Source: a virus. Taken from it: a DNA stretch of 64,000 bases. The notes under the pieces were generated by a model. It was not told the origin of the DNA, ran no database searches, and saw only the letters and a list, made by a program, of their open reading frames with translations. The stretch covers positions 307 through 64,306 of the IMG/VR virus record IMGVR_UViG_3300042890_003772, one strand, 5' to 3'. Positions 19,901 to 28,943 of this stretch are shown here, piece by piece (the first letter of the stretch is position 1; each line of letters opens with the position of its first letter). A program made the position numbers and the translations under genes.

Positions 19901-20606
19901 CGGTAGCATCTATAGCAGTAATATTCGCAGGATCAACACTAACGTCGTTATTTTCGCGTACCGCTTTAGCTAGGTTTTCTCTAACATGATGAAATTCTGT
20001 AGTTGTTTCTCCAATTGCGGTTCCGGCGTTCACAAACGCTTGTACAATTGACATGTTAGCTCGGGTAATATTATTACCGCTCAGACCCATTGCAGTATTA
20101 AACTCTGCAAATGCTTTTTGATATTGTTGCGCATCTACAACACTACCAAACTGTTTAAACTGATCGTTTACCGCATTAGCGGTATTATCAGTAATTGATT
20201 TCCACGATGATGATATTTTTGCGTTAGATCTGGTAAGTGCACTAACAGTGTGAGATACATAATTATTAACAGAATTAGCACCGGTGTTATACGCATCTGT
20301 TATTGTTTTAATCGACTCTTGTTGACGTTTTTCAGCTTCAATTGATCTATTAAGCGTCTTAAGCTGTTCACCTAGGAGTGCATTAGCGGTTTTAGATGAC
20401 TTAGTAGCAGTTTCAATAGCGCTCTTAAACGCACCTAACTGATCTGCCGCAGCTTTTGATTTATTACCTAGGTTAACGGTATTTTGACCTTGGTTATTCT
20501 GAGCTTCAGAAATAGTACGTACCGATTTAGCAAAATCGCTTGCTGCACCGGAGATATCATATATTATTCGTTGAAGTCTAAGAACCTCATTATTATCCAA
20601 AGCCAT
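16896..20606 (-). CDS. Putative tail tape measure protein (1236 aa)
   Basis: Long alpha-helical protein rich in Ala, Gln and Thr. It has a C-proximal glycine-zipper hydrophobic segment (AGTAATAIEGAGMLTMAGEAIAGIGTMVAGAV...) typical of tape measure proteins. Confidence 0.45.
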   Translation of the reverse strand: MALDNNEVLRLQRIIYDISGAASDFAKSVRTISEAQNNQGQNTVNLGNKSKAAADQLGAFKSAIETATKSSKTANALLGEQLKTLNRSIEAEKRQQESIKTITDAYNTGANSVNNYVSHTVSALTRSNAKISSSWKSITDNTANAVNDQFKQFGSVVDAQQYQKAFAEFNTAMGLSGNNITRANMSIVQAFVNAGTAIGETTTEFHHVRENLAKAVRENNDVSVDPANITAIDATVTALATGTQSVVDRLLTLNTALSSMTVNTSTVGNALTEIQTYQEDYAALLSSLGPYGGQFQDELQELTKTLDGAKLEQAKTAFLTKLQSTSGIIDKQDASGENTAVFDALTELLRVGRNADGTAKVQGKWFEELIKVNDQLTNAMTGVSSVNVNTSITEDAVKNLLAAQVGFVTDIKNSFSQVHADILNEAVAATASQLGRDHVSVLTAVENYAAQSISAFEANGARVLSEAAKTFADGSEVELQNTVVALVREALVGSNNQADELKSYEQLKYIGDYNQYMAQLTEKLLSTNQILGKEDTKLLQNLIKSGKDSGITDSAMLDALADIQAKVATGIDVKVADSVTNKLTESQAQLSDAFSRTAVDLEGYNKGQGKALATLRSSNTATGKMLAELAAIKRNNGSISGRDVRGAVETAGGGGAIAKEVLGAVGNMVKAVYGFAKDVNKFTSTEYDAFVSNNIQLDRTATGSTNATKLDLGEADFMKVFSDYKTAWVNEGVGAITQQMQATHDQYERVYGTDPQVIAKNQLAFKQLSQITGLTTDQIADMQHSMKQMSTVVGLSTQEMTDMTMNISKDAAFRSTLQKMNSADRAARVMQIQKQVEFAAALGMSKEATEEFAKAVLTVGEGLSPDEILGDVGGITNFVATLSQAGQQVGVSAADYGLSTDKMNAYNDALMIDASARTEEQNKLVAETGTQIAKFQNDIKQAQTEKIKGAATPEEKKSLSMQFSGVNTIAQQSEAKLSDALKKTIEVPASQQLEQESALNRMKNGASIEEVKAQGEALQKAQEPAYLEAEKTLADTLNHISSLFDGLAGAVATAVAALVLGGGALQKGVGLARAAGTAATAIEGAGMLTMAGEAIAGIGTMVAGAVSSPVVLGALGAAAVGYAGYEAYKYFSDDDKSEGTAKPAADANKQTAVQITPDEPKKLPSTQITESLSNEISATIADVGKQLLTFLGSVPGDVTNTAASNAALLEVMSNWVKSQSNLTPVPVITPQPNVTR

Positions 20607-20642
20607 TATTCTTTCACCTGTAAATTAAAACAATTTGTATAA

Positions 20643-20650
20643 TATTTATC
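20643..20650 (-). promoter_or_regulatory. Late-promoter-like GATAAATA (minus strand)
   Basis: Lies 37 nt upstream of ATG 20606. Confidence 0.4.
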
Positions 20651-20665
20651 TATGCTTGCTAAATA

Positions 20666-20673
20666 CATAAATA
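20666..20673 (+). promoter_or_regulatory. Late-promoter-like CATAAATA
   Basis: Lies 43 nt upstream of ATG 20716 and is divergent from the box at 20643. Confidence 0.4.
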
Positions 20674-20715
20674 TATGTTAAACTTGATTTAAATTACAAT
20701 TTGGAGTATTACTCA

Positions 20716-21096
20716 ATGACCGAAAGAAAAGAAATGCTTAAAAGCATGTTGGATGCAATCATCGCTGAAGATGAGGAATTGGCGGAACAATATTTCCACG
20801 ATTATGCAACTGCTAAAATGCGTGAATTAGTTGCTGAAGTTAAAGCAGAAGATGATGAAATGTCTGATGAAGATGATGAAATGTCAGACGAAGATGGTGA
20901 AATGTCGGATGAAATGTCAGATGAAGATGATGAAATGTCAGATGAAGATGACGAAGAAGATGACGAAGACTATGATGACGAAGAAGATGACGAAGAATCT
21001 GATGAAGAAGATGAAATGTCAGACGAAGATGAAGATGAAGATGAAGATGAAGATGAGCTTGATGCAGAAGATGAAGATTACGAAGAAACAAAGTAA
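20716..21096 (+). CDS. Highly acidic D/E-repeat protein
   Basis: Repeats of DEDDEMS/DEDGEMS and poly-DE. GGAG at 20703-20706. The TTG at 20701 is rejected as the start. Confidence 0.55.
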   Translation: MTERKEMLKSMLDAIIAEDEELAEQYFHDYATAKMRELVAEVKAEDDEMSDEDDEMSDEDGEMSDEMSDEDDEMSDEDDEEDDEDYDDEEDDEESDEEDEMSDEDEDEDEDEDELDAEDEDYEETK

Positions 21097-21111
21097 TCTC
21101 AAGCTCTAAAG

Positions 21112-21141
21112 AAAAAGCGGATAAAATATCCGCTTTTTTTA
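21112..21141. terminator. Bidirectional rho-independent terminator
   Basis: agcggata-aaa-tatccgct followed by T7, lying between convergent genes. Confidence 0.7.
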
Positions 21142-21148
21142 TGTCTAA

Positions 21149-21784
21149 TTAACCAAGTTTATATTCTTGTCTTAACCATTTTTTAACTTCAGCAACTAAG
21201 TATTTTTGTGCTGATTGATCTTCGCGAACTGATTCTGCTAATGACATAACAATGCGACCAGTTTTACTTGATTCTAATGACTCATATATTGAGGATGGGT
21301 ATGCACTTGAGCAACTTGGTGTCGATACGATATCAATAGTAATTAAGTTAAATCCACTAACGATACCACTTTCGTTAACATCACCAGCACCACGGCTACT
21401 AACACCCATTTTAACGCCACTTTCAGTGATCAACACTTTAGCAATTTGACCCATTGGAGTACCTAAGATTTTTGCTTTACCAAAAACCTGATTACCTTCA
21501 AGTCTAAGATCAGTAATTACGTGACTGATACGATCACTAGAAACAACTAATGAATTTGGGTGATCTAATTCACCAAAAATACCACCATCGTTTTTAATTG
21601 ATTCGTTTAATTTATGTACGGCTGCTTGCATTTCTGCAATTGGATATATACGACCGTTTCTATTACGGACTTCTGACTCCATAAAGCAACCACTCAAGAA
21701 TAAGTTCTTACCATCGGTAGAAGCTTCTTGAATTAGGTTGCCTTGCTCGTAAGATAAGGTTTCTACTAATAGTTCTGTTTTCAT
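21149..21784 (-). CDS. gp21: Prohead core protease, T4 gp21 family
   Basis: GELDHPNS, GKAKILGTPMGQI and GVSSRGAGDV match T4 gp21 GEFNHPDS, GKAKLTDNPMGNI and GVSSRALGSL. Confidence 0.8.
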   Translation of the reverse strand: MKTELLVETLSYEQGNLIQEASTDGKNLFLSGCFMESEVRNRNGRIYPIAEMQAAVHKLNESIKNDGGIFGELDHPNSLVVSSDRISHVITDLRLEGNQVFGKAKILGTPMGQIAKVLITESGVKMGVSSRGAGDVNESGIVSGFNLITIDIVSTPSCSSAYPSSIYESLESSKTGRIVMSLAESVREDQSAQKYLVAEVKKWLRQEYKLG

Positions 21785-21896
21785 TGCTTGATTACACCTA
21801 AATATTAAATTATTATAATATTTATAGCTAATAGTTCTGTTTTCATTGCTTGATTACACCTAAATATTAAATTATTATAATATTTATAGCTAATAG
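21767..21896 (-). repeat. Tandem 62-bp duplication carrying a late promoter box and the first codons of gp21
   Basis: ctaatagttctgttttcattgcttgattacacctaaatattaaattattataatatttatag occurs twice in a row. The minus strand reads TATAAATA at 21819-21826 and at 21881-21888. Confidence 0.85.
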
Positions 21897-21899
21897 CAC

Positions 21900-21907
21900 G
21901 ATAAATA
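21900..21907 (+). promoter_or_regulatory. Late-promoter-like GATAAATA
   Basis: Lies 34 nt upstream of ATG 21941. Confidence 0.4.
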
Positions 21908-21940
21908 AAGGTAATCAAATTTTTTTAATAGGTATGTAAT

Positions 21941-23116
21941 ATGGAACTTAATAGAATGTTACAGTTGGCCGGATTAGTTTCTGAGAGCCACGATAAGGTA
22001 GCAGAATTACCAGCTAGTGTAACTATGCTGCCAGAAAAAACAACGTTAACAGAGACTGATAAATCATCTGAATATAGTCGCTGGTTGCAATTAGCTGGAT
22101 TAGTATCTGAAAATGAGTTAGATGAGTATGCGGTTGATAATTGGCTGCTACTTGAGGGTCCAAATGAGGAGTACGCAATTGCTAATTTGGCAACACAGAT
22201 CAAAGCTGCTTATCTGGAGGATGGTGGTGCAGAAGATAAAAGTGTAAAAGAAATTGTTAAGTACATTACAGATACAACTAATGTTGGACCCAACGTTACT
22301 GCTACTGTTAATAATCCATATTTTAAATGGATTATCTCGAGATTCATAGGTACAAAAAAAGCGCCTAGAGATTTGCATATAGGGGATTTAACGACTCTTC
22401 AAACCAATCTAAAGAAGTTTGACGATAAAGCAATACGGGCTGCATTAAAGAAAGGTGGTGTAAATACTGACCTTAATAATCACACATATGCAACATTTCA
22501 AAAAGATATTGTTCCTAAATTAGACGATGCCAACAAAACAAAATTAGATAATGAACAAAAAGCTAAGGTTTACGCCGCGGGTCAAAAGCATGTTATTTAT
22601 CAAAATGTTATGGGGAAGGACGGTAAACCTGTTAAAGATGAATACGGTCATGTAATACATAATATGACTGCTATTGAAGCTGAACATACAGCTGAATCAG
22701 GTATTACTAATATCGTTGGGTCACCATCGACTAACGATACATTTCATGCATTTACAGTGAATAATAAATTTGCTTCAATGTATTTTGGTGGTGTGTTGCT
22801 TAATGATTATTATCCCAAAGCAGCTGTTGGTTGGTGTACAGGCTTACTGGGACATTCTGAAAAAGCACCTCATGTTGAACGTACACAGTTTGATACTTAC
22901 CATGGTGAAGGTAAAGGTAAGATTTATATTATCTTTACTAAACTTAAAGGTATGAAACGTCGTTTTCAATTACATATGGAAAAAGATCAATTCATGCAAG
23001 AGGATAATACTGCGATACCTAAAGAAGATATTGCTGAATTGAGTAAAATTCCAGAGTACACTGAGTTTTTGAATTTCTTAATTAAAAAATACTACCACGT
23101 ACCGGAATCAAAATAA
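21941..23116 (+). CDS. Hypothetical protein with a duplicated N-terminal motif (MLQLAGLVSE / WLQLAGLVSE)
   Basis: 391-aa ORF. Confidence 0.5.
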   Translation: MELNRMLQLAGLVSESHDKVAELPASVTMLPEKTTLTETDKSSEYSRWLQLAGLVSENELDEYAVDNWLLLEGPNEEYAIANLATQIKAAYLEDGGAEDKSVKEIVKYITDTTNVGPNVTATVNNPYFKWIISRFIGTKKAPRDLHIGDLTTLQTNLKKFDDKAIRAALKKGGVNTDLNNHTYATFQKDIVPKLDDANKTKLDNEQKAKVYAAGQKHVIYQNVMGKDGKPVKDEYGHVIHNMTAIEAEHTAESGITNIVGSPSTNDTFHAFTVNNKFASMYFGGVLLNDYYPKAAVGWCTGLLGHSEKAPHVERTQFDTYHGEGKGKIYIIFTKLKGMKRRFQLHMEKDQFMQEDNTAIPKEDIAELSKIPEYTEFLNFLIKKYYHVPESK

Positions 23117-23592
23117 TGTTATTAAACGAGATATTAAAAGATCGTGATATCCCGACTGTGCATTGGATGAATATGGGCCCAGCTCATATGGGTATGTTTG
23201 CTGTTAATCGCAATCAGTACGCTATTCAAATGATTAAAGTAGAAGAAGGTAATCCAATACATGAAGCTATCCCGGATCAAGCGCTAACGGATAACACCTT
23301 CTTTTTCTCGTTTGCTGCAATAGTAAATGGAATGCCAGTAGATACCGACACAGGTAAACATGAGGCGTTAGCGGTATTCAGTACCATTATGCAAACATTA
23401 GTTAAGTTTGTATATGATAATAAAGTAGATACGCTGTATTTTGGTTGCGCTACTGATCATGCAAAACTAAAAAGTTTGTATCAACGAATTATTACTAGAT
23501 ATTCAAACGAGCATAATTGGCAAACAGTTGCAACAACCACTGTGAATTATATGGGTGGCAATAAATTTGTATGGGTTGTAGCTAAACAATAA
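23116..23592 (+). CDS. Hypothetical protein with an N-terminal CTS-like signature (MLLNEILKD)
   Basis: 158 aa, coupled to the upstream gene by TAATG. Confidence 0.5.
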   Translation: MLLNEILKDRDIPTVHWMNMGPAHMGMFAVNRNQYAIQMIKVEEGNPIHEAIPDQALTDNTFFFSFAAIVNGMPVDTDTGKHEALAVFSTIMQTLVKFVYDNKVDTLYFGCATDHAKLKSLYQRIITRYSNEHNWQTVATTTVNYMGGNKFVWVVAKQ

Positions 23593-23625
23593 GTTCCAAC
23601 ATAACTATAATAATTAGATTTGAAA

Positions 23626-23661
23626 CTAAAAAGCGGAGTATCATACTCCGCTTTCTTTTTA
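23626..23661. terminator. Bidirectional rho-independent terminator
   Basis: agcggagta-tca-tactccgct followed by a T-run. Confidence 0.7.
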
Positions 23662-24009
23662 TTCTTTATGCGATAACATTTCTTGATATGTTATTGGTTG
23701 AAAATTTGTATACAATTCTAACCGATCACTGGTATTTAATTCCTGACCAATACACCAAAATTTTAAAATATATTTAAAATGTTTTAGAATGTAATATATT
23801 ACCATATCCCGGTGATCAGGCGATATGTTAGCAGAGTTGTGCACTATTCGATATTCTGATATTGAAAATGCAATATATTTGTCAAGTTCTATCAAATTAG
23901 GATAATACTTAACGTTACCTGATTCACTTCTAGTTTGTAGTTGAAATACTCCATCAAACCCAGTATCATCTGAATGCAAATGCACTACATCGAATGAGAT
24001 ACTATCCAT
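23659..24009 (-). CDS. Hypothetical protein
   Basis: 116-aa ORF. Confidence 0.4.
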   Translation of the reverse strand: MDSISFDVVHLHSDDTGFDGVFQLQTRSESGNVKYYPNLIELDKYIAFSISEYRIVHNSANISPDHRDMVIYYILKHFKYILKFWCIGQELNTSDRLELYTNFQPITYQEMLSHKE

Positions 24010-24062
24010 GTCTCCCTCCTGAAAACAATAAGTTACTCAGGTATTTACTACTTTACATGCAC

Positions 24063-25367
24063 CTATAGCTCTAATTCTTGCAACTCTTTTCTGTACATTT
24101 TAATACAATTTGTCTTTACTAACACAGCAATATCTTTTTCTGTTTTTTCGATTGTTTTATCTAACTTGCTAATATCATCTTTAGTTAAATTATATAATCG
24201 AATATCCAATAAGCTGGTAATATCAATAAATCCATGTTCAGTTAATAAGTCTTCTAGCTCTTTTTTACTCTTACTTGAAAACAATTTACTGTTTTCAATA
24301 TACCACATAATAAATCTACGCTTCTCTGTATACCAGGTTAAATCCGCATTTAATAATTCTAATAATTTTAATCTGCGATCTTCATACTTATCTAATCTAA
24401 ACGCAACAAAGTAATCGATAATATCCTGAACCGACTTGAACACTTTAATATGACCTTCTTCAGTCCATGCAGTTAAGTTCTGAGTGTCTTTACCAATTAA
24501 CTTAAACTTAGTTAGAATCTCTTCATGTGATAATTGCGTTGTAGTTCTTGGAACATTTATATAAAAATCAAATGAAGCCTCAGTAGACTTATCTTCACTA
24601 TCTTTAATAAGCCCCGCATCCTGCATTTTTATTAAATGAGCCTTATAATCATCTTGATACAAGCCGATTGGTAATTCTGTAATTCTAATTGTTGTAGTGT
24701 TTACTAATTCATACACACCAGTGTTGATAATTTGCTCACCATTAGTACTAACAGTACCTTTAAATCCATTATACCAAGGTAATATACGTTCAGGTACTTC
24801 ACCAGATAATAAAGCTAATATGTTATCACGTAGATCTATAGGATTATGTTTTAATATATGAGTTGCGTATCCTGTACCCATACCTCTTGAACCGTTTATT
24901 AATATATTAGGTAGTATAGGTAAATAAAAATCTGGTTCAATTGGTTGTCCATCAGAATCTAAATGATTTAATATAATATCATCTTCTTTTTTAAATATCT
25001 TTCTAAAGCTATCCGTAAACTCGGTAAAGATATATCTTGGTGCTGATGCATCGCTAGATAATCTACTACCAAACTGACCATTAGGTTTAAAATAATTTAA
25101 GTTATTACTACCAGCATAGTTTTGTGCAAGCCCAATAATAGTTTCATTTAAACTAGCTTCACCGTGATGATAATCAGATATTTGAGATATAAAACCTGAC
25201 ACTTGAGCCACTTTAATTTCACCTGCATTTTCACCACGCTTGATCATTCCAAATATACATTTCCGTTGAGAAGGTTTAAACCCATCTATTACTGATGGAA
25301 TTGATCGTACACAATCAGCAATACTGTATTGCTTAAATTCGTTATCAAAGAAATGTTTAATCTTCAT
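24063..25367 (-). CDS. gp52: DNA topoisomerase II medium subunit (T4 gp52-like, GyrA N-terminal-like)
   Basis: IDGFKPSQRK, YHHGE, GQFGSR and RYIF motifs, as in T4 gp52. Confidence 0.8.
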   Translation of the reverse strand: MKIKHFFDNEFKQYSIADCVRSIPSVIDGFKPSQRKCIFGMIKRGENAGEIKVAQVSGFISQISDYHHGEASLNETIIGLAQNYAGSNNLNYFKPNGQFGSRLSSDASAPRYIFTEFTDSFRKIFKKEDDIILNHLDSDGQPIEPDFYLPILPNILINGSRGMGTGYATHILKHNPIDLRDNILALLSGEVPERILPWYNGFKGTVSTNGEQIINTGVYELVNTTTIRITELPIGLYQDDYKAHLIKMQDAGLIKDSEDKSTEASFDFYINVPRTTTQLSHEEILTKFKLIGKDTQNLTAWTEEGHIKVFKSVQDIIDYFVAFRLDKYEDRRLKLLELLNADLTWYTEKRRFIMWYIENSKLFSSKSKKELEDLLTEHGFIDITSLLDIRLYNLTKDDISKLDKTIEKTEKDIAVLVKTNCIKMYRKELQELEL

Positions 25368-25608
25368 TAGTGCACCCAGCGGTTTGTAAAAAATTAATTA
25401 ATCTATTATATTGGTTAAGTTCAAGATATGAGATATGATTATCCTGTGGATCTACAATATTATCTAATGAGGCATATCTTAATGTGGCTCCAGACCGAAA
25501 TGTTATCTTAACTAACTCATCTTGTATCCGATATGAGCGGACATGTTCTGCCAATATTCTAACCGGGTTAGTAGTAATATTATATTGCCGACCAGTAAAA
25601 CGTATCAT
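25357..25608 (-). CDS. Hypothetical small protein between the topoisomerase subunit genes
   Basis: 83-aa ORF that overlaps gp52 by 11 nt. Confidence 0.35.
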   Translation of the reverse strand: MIRFTGRQYNITTNPVRILAEHVRSYRIQDELVKITFRSGATLRYASLDNIVDPQDNHISYLELNQYNRLINFLQTAGCTNED

Positions 25609-27488
25609 TAATCATCTCCGCTTAGAATATTCAACCAGTTTTTACGTTCACCAGTTTTACCAACATCTTTACTAAACGCTAGCTTGATTGATGCAACATC
25701 ATGCTCATCTTCAATCTCATACTTAACTAGATTATTTTCAGAGTTAGCAAGATAACCTTTAAAGTCTGCTGCAGTACTGGTACCTAAACCTTTAAAATAC
25801 TTTGATGTAAACTTCTTGGTGTTTTTAGCTTTCCATTTATGAAAATCTTGTTCGTCGTAAAACTCAATTATATCTTTACCACAAGTAACTTTGATTAAGG
25901 GTGTTTTGAATCTATGAATAACATTAAGCGTAAACAATTCAGGCCAAAATGTATGAATCATGTTAATTAATAGCCCTGATATATGCGTACCATCTAGATC
26001 CTGATCGGTTAAGAAGCAGATTTTACCGTAACGTAATTGCTTAACATCTGTTACTTTTTCACCTAATTTTAAACCAGTTATAGTTAAGATGTTCTTAAAC
26101 TCTTCGTTTTCCATTAATTTTTTAGCAGTGGTGTTACCAACATTTAGCGGCTTACCTTTTAATGGAAACACCCCATGTATTTGAGGATCTCTAGCACTAC
26201 CAATAGCTTTTGCAGCTGAATCACCTTCTGTGATGAATACGATACACTTACTTCGATCTTTCTTTTCAACAGCATCAATAAGTTTAATAATTCGACTTGG
26301 ATCTAACTTATCAGATGTTTTATTTAATTTTCGTAACTCAGCTTGTAAATTAGCGTTTTCTTTTGCTTGAACCCAATCTAGAATGCTTTGAACTATTTCG
26401 GATTTAATAATTTTACCGATAAACTTATCTGTTACTTCAAAGGTGGTACCAAAATTTTTAACTTCAGTAATTAAATCTTCTTTTGTTTGACTAGAGTATC
26501 GAGGTCGAATAATATTACAGTTAATAAACAAGTTTAAATGATTCTTAATTTCACCAGGCCTAACTTGTACTTTGTGCTTTTTAAGAATATATTCTCTTAA
26601 TTTATTAGTTATTTGATCTGCAATATAACTTACATGCATACCACCAGTTATTGTTTCATTATTATTTACAAATGAAACATGACTAAACCCACCTTCAGAC
26701 TTACTAACTCCAACCTGCCACTTGTTATTCTCATCGTAGAGGTAGTCCTCAGTGTACATTCGTATGTAACCCTCAAAAGACCCAACGCTAACAAGTGAAT
26801 TATTTAAATATATCTTCAGGTGTGGATTACACCCGGCCACATCGTAGACACGCTTACAAAGCTTTTTATAGTTACCATCAGATAAACCTTCTAGATTAAA
26901 TTTTGCATAATCTGGATCAAATGTAATTTTAGTCATTCGATCTTTTGATTTTTTAATAATAGGTTCGGACCTAGCTCGGCTATTATCTGTATGATATTGA
27001 TTAAACGAGTTTTTACCATCGCACGTATGCACATGAAATGACTTACTAAAGATAGCTGTTAAGGCCGCACCTTCACCGTTTTGACCATTTAACTCAGTGT
27101 CTTCAGAGTCATCAAAATTACTACCAGATCTCAATTCAAATATCATTTCTGGAATATACTGATTATGTTCAGAATGTTTAACAATAACAATACCTCCGTT
27201 ATCATAAACTGATATAGCTCCAGTTTCTTGACTTATATCAACCTTAATAGTATCAACATGCGCACCTTCTGGCGTCTTAGCAAAATCAACTGAATTACAC
27301 AATACCTCATCAAAGATCTTAATTAACGCAGGCGTCCATGTAATCTGTTCTTTTACAAACTTATTATCTTCAATTACATATGTGTCAGCTGTATGTGCAG
27401 AAATGCTACCCACGTATCTACCAGGTCGTAATAATACATGAGATATTTCATCTAGTTTTTGATATTTTTGTTCAATGTGTTTTGTCAT
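25608..27488 (-). CDS. gp39: DNA topoisomerase II large subunit, fused gp39/gp60 type (GyrB-like ATPase plus Toprim)
   Basis: LRPGRYVGS and a GHKL ATPase with a Toprim region. The real start is MTKHIEQ at 27488, and the in-frame extension up to 27665 is rejected. Confidence 0.75.
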   Translation of the reverse strand: MTKHIEQKYQKLDEISHVLLRPGRYVGSISAHTADTYVIEDNKFVKEQITWTPALIKIFDEVLCNSVDFAKTPEGAHVDTIKVDISQETGAISVYDNGGIVIVKHSEHNQYIPEMIFELRSGSNFDDSEDTELNGQNGEGAALTAIFSKSFHVHTCDGKNSFNQYHTDNSRARSEPIIKKSKDRMTKITFDPDYAKFNLEGLSDGNYKKLCKRVYDVAGCNPHLKIYLNNSLVSVGSFEGYIRMYTEDYLYDENNKWQVGVSKSEGGFSHVSFVNNNETITGGMHVSYIADQITNKLREYILKKHKVQVRPGEIKNHLNLFINCNIIRPRYSSQTKEDLITEVKNFGTTFEVTDKFIGKIIKSEIVQSILDWVQAKENANLQAELRKLNKTSDKLDPSRIIKLIDAVEKKDRSKCIVFITEGDSAAKAIGSARDPQIHGVFPLKGKPLNVGNTTAKKLMENEEFKNILTITGLKLGEKVTDVKQLRYGKICFLTDQDLDGTHISGLLINMIHTFWPELFTLNVIHRFKTPLIKVTCGKDIIEFYDEQDFHKWKAKNTKKFTSKYFKGLGTSTAADFKGYLANSENNLVKYEIEDEHDVASIKLAFSKDVGKTGERKNWLNILSGDD

Positions 27489-27610
27489 GTATAATATCTT
27501 TAAGTTGAAAATGATTCTATTTAGCTTCGAGTGGCGCGTAGTATAGACAATTGGGATTGAAAAATCTACTACATAAATACAATATTGTTTTACATTTTTG
27601 AGATTTATAT

Positions 27611-28090
27611 ATGCTGAACCTATACTTCTATCATACAGCTCCAAAATCATTGCTACATCATCCAATTACAAGAAACGCAGGTAATATATATGACAATATC
27701 CCGCGGGAAATGATGACACACCACGAAGCTCTTGAGTTTATTAAGTCATTAAATGCTAATGAGCCCAACGACTGGCGATTGCCAACTGTGAGTGAAATGA
27801 AATCGCTACTAGCTGAAGCCGTTAGTCCCGGAACCCAAATGAACTACCGCATGCCAAATATCGACATATACTGGACTAGTGAAGCCGGTGAAGTGAGTGG
27901 TGTGCATGTAGTAATACCGTTTGATGATGGTGGTGGTGCAGAAGAAGGTGATCTTGAGGGGTTCTTTGAGTGGGCGGACATTGACGACCTTACCGACGTA
28001 GAGGTCGTAAGTGAAGAGGATGAAGCATACGTATACCCCGTACGAGGTAAACTTGAACCGTTCATTCCCGTAAGTCAACGCAATCAATAA
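27611..28090 (+). CDS. Hypothetical protein with a DUF1566/Lcl-like motif (WRLPTVSEMKSLL) and an acidic tail
   Basis: 159-aa ORF. Confidence 0.4.
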   Translation: MLNLYFYHTAPKSLLHHPITRNAGNIYDNIPREMMTHHEALEFIKSLNANEPNDWRLPTVSEMKSLLAEAVSPGTQMNYRMPNIDIYWTSEAGEVSGVHVVIPFDDGGGAEEGDLEGFFEWADIDDLTDVEVVSEEDEAYVYPVRGKLEPFIPVSQRNQ

Positions 28091-28228
28091 CGAGTGATAT
28101 ATGAAGGTGGTACTTTAGTACACGAAAAAAACTCCTATAAAAACATACAGTTACTTGATATTTTACACCAGTGAAGTTATTATAGATATATAATGCACAT
28201 CTTTTATTATTTGGACCTTTCGATTTCC

Positions 28229-28236
28229 TATAAATA
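28229..28236 (+). promoter_or_regulatory. Late promoter box TATAAATA
   Basis: Lies 32 nt upstream of ATG 28268. Confidence 0.45.
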
Positions 28237-28267
28237 GGTGATTATTGTATCGATTATGGTGATGTAT

Positions 28268-28891
28268 ATGTTGTTATCAGAGTTGTTGTTAGAGACGCCC
28301 CAGTTAATTGATCCGATAGGTAATATTGGAGTTAATAATGACACCACTAATAGCTTATTGTATCGTCAATTACGCAAGAAATTCAGTAAGTTAGTGCATT
28401 CTCTAACTGATGATATATCTATTGTACGTATTGAGAATCCAAGTGGTGAGGAGTTTGATTTTGAATACATTGGATTTGATGATCAAGATAAGCGTATTGG
28501 TATGGTGTCGCGAGTAGTAGTTACTAAGGATAAAGTGCTCGGGCCATATGTATATCAATCATTTATCTGGGTTAGTGATGATTATAAAAAGCAGTTTAAA
28601 TCATGGCCTAAAAAGATAGTGTTTGAATATTTGATTCCTCGTTACAAAACAATTACCTCTGATATACTCCACACTCCAATGGGTATGAAGTTCTGGGCGC
28701 AATTAATTAGTCATGCGCTATCAAAAGGTTTACACGCGTATTATTACAATGCAGCTGGTAAACAAATTGTTAAAATTCAATCCACTAATCATTTGTCCGA
28801 ATTGCAGAAACAGTATAATATATGGGAACATGGACATACAGGTACTGATAAGCTGGTGGTTATATCATCAAAGGTATATAACGAATCATAG
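28268..28891 (+). CDS. Hypothetical protein with an N-terminal CTS-like signature (MLLSELLLE)
   Basis: The internal Met with GGTGA upstream is preferred over the ORF track start at 28238. Confidence 0.45.
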   Translation: MLLSELLLETPQLIDPIGNIGVNNDTTNSLLYRQLRKKFSKLVHSLTDDISIVRIENPSGEEFDFEYIGFDDQDKRIGMVSRVVVTKDKVLGPYVYQSFIWVSDDYKKQFKSWPKKIVFEYLIPRYKTITSDILHTPMGMKFWAQLISHALSKGLHAYYYNAAGKQIVKIQSTNHLSELQKQYNIWEHGHTGTDKLVVISSKVYNES

Positions 28892-28943
28892 CTGGAAAAA
28901 TGTGGTATAATATGATACAATTAAATTTTGTATCGAGGAATAT

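Noticed and set aside
20701-20715. The TTG start of the acidic protein given by the ORF track (MEYYS).
   Set aside because: The TTG lies inside the GGAG ribosome-binding site, and the ATG at 20716 has correct spacing.
20831-21109. Alternative plus-strand (+2 frame, MLKLKQKMMKC...) and minus-strand (20840-21091) ORFs over the acidic-repeat gene.
   Set aside because: They are frame artefacts of the GAAGATGA repeats. The D/E-rich frame has the ribosome-binding site and promoter.
25357-25608. A homing endonuclease or intron between the topoisomerase subunit genes, as is common in T4-like phages.
   Set aside because: The 83-aa ORF has no HNH or GIY-YIG motif, and the flanking topoisomerase genes are intact and uninterrupted.
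27489-27665. A 59-codon in-frame N-terminal extension of the topoisomerase large-subunit ORF.
   Set aside because: Homology to gp39/GyrB begins at MTKHIEQ...LRPGRYVGS (27488). The extension would also overlap the divergent 27611 ORF.
27809-28087. Two minus-strand ORFs (92 and 73 aa) antisense to the 27611 gene.
   Set aside because: No signals. They overlap a plus-strand ORF that has a promoter and start context.
28091-28237. A possible tRNA or other ncRNA in a 147-nt intergenic region (GTAC palindrome ggtactttagtac).
   Set aside because: No cloverleaf could be folded by eye and only a short 4-bp palindrome is present. A tRNAscan run would be needed. No tRNA was convincingly seen anywhere in the window.
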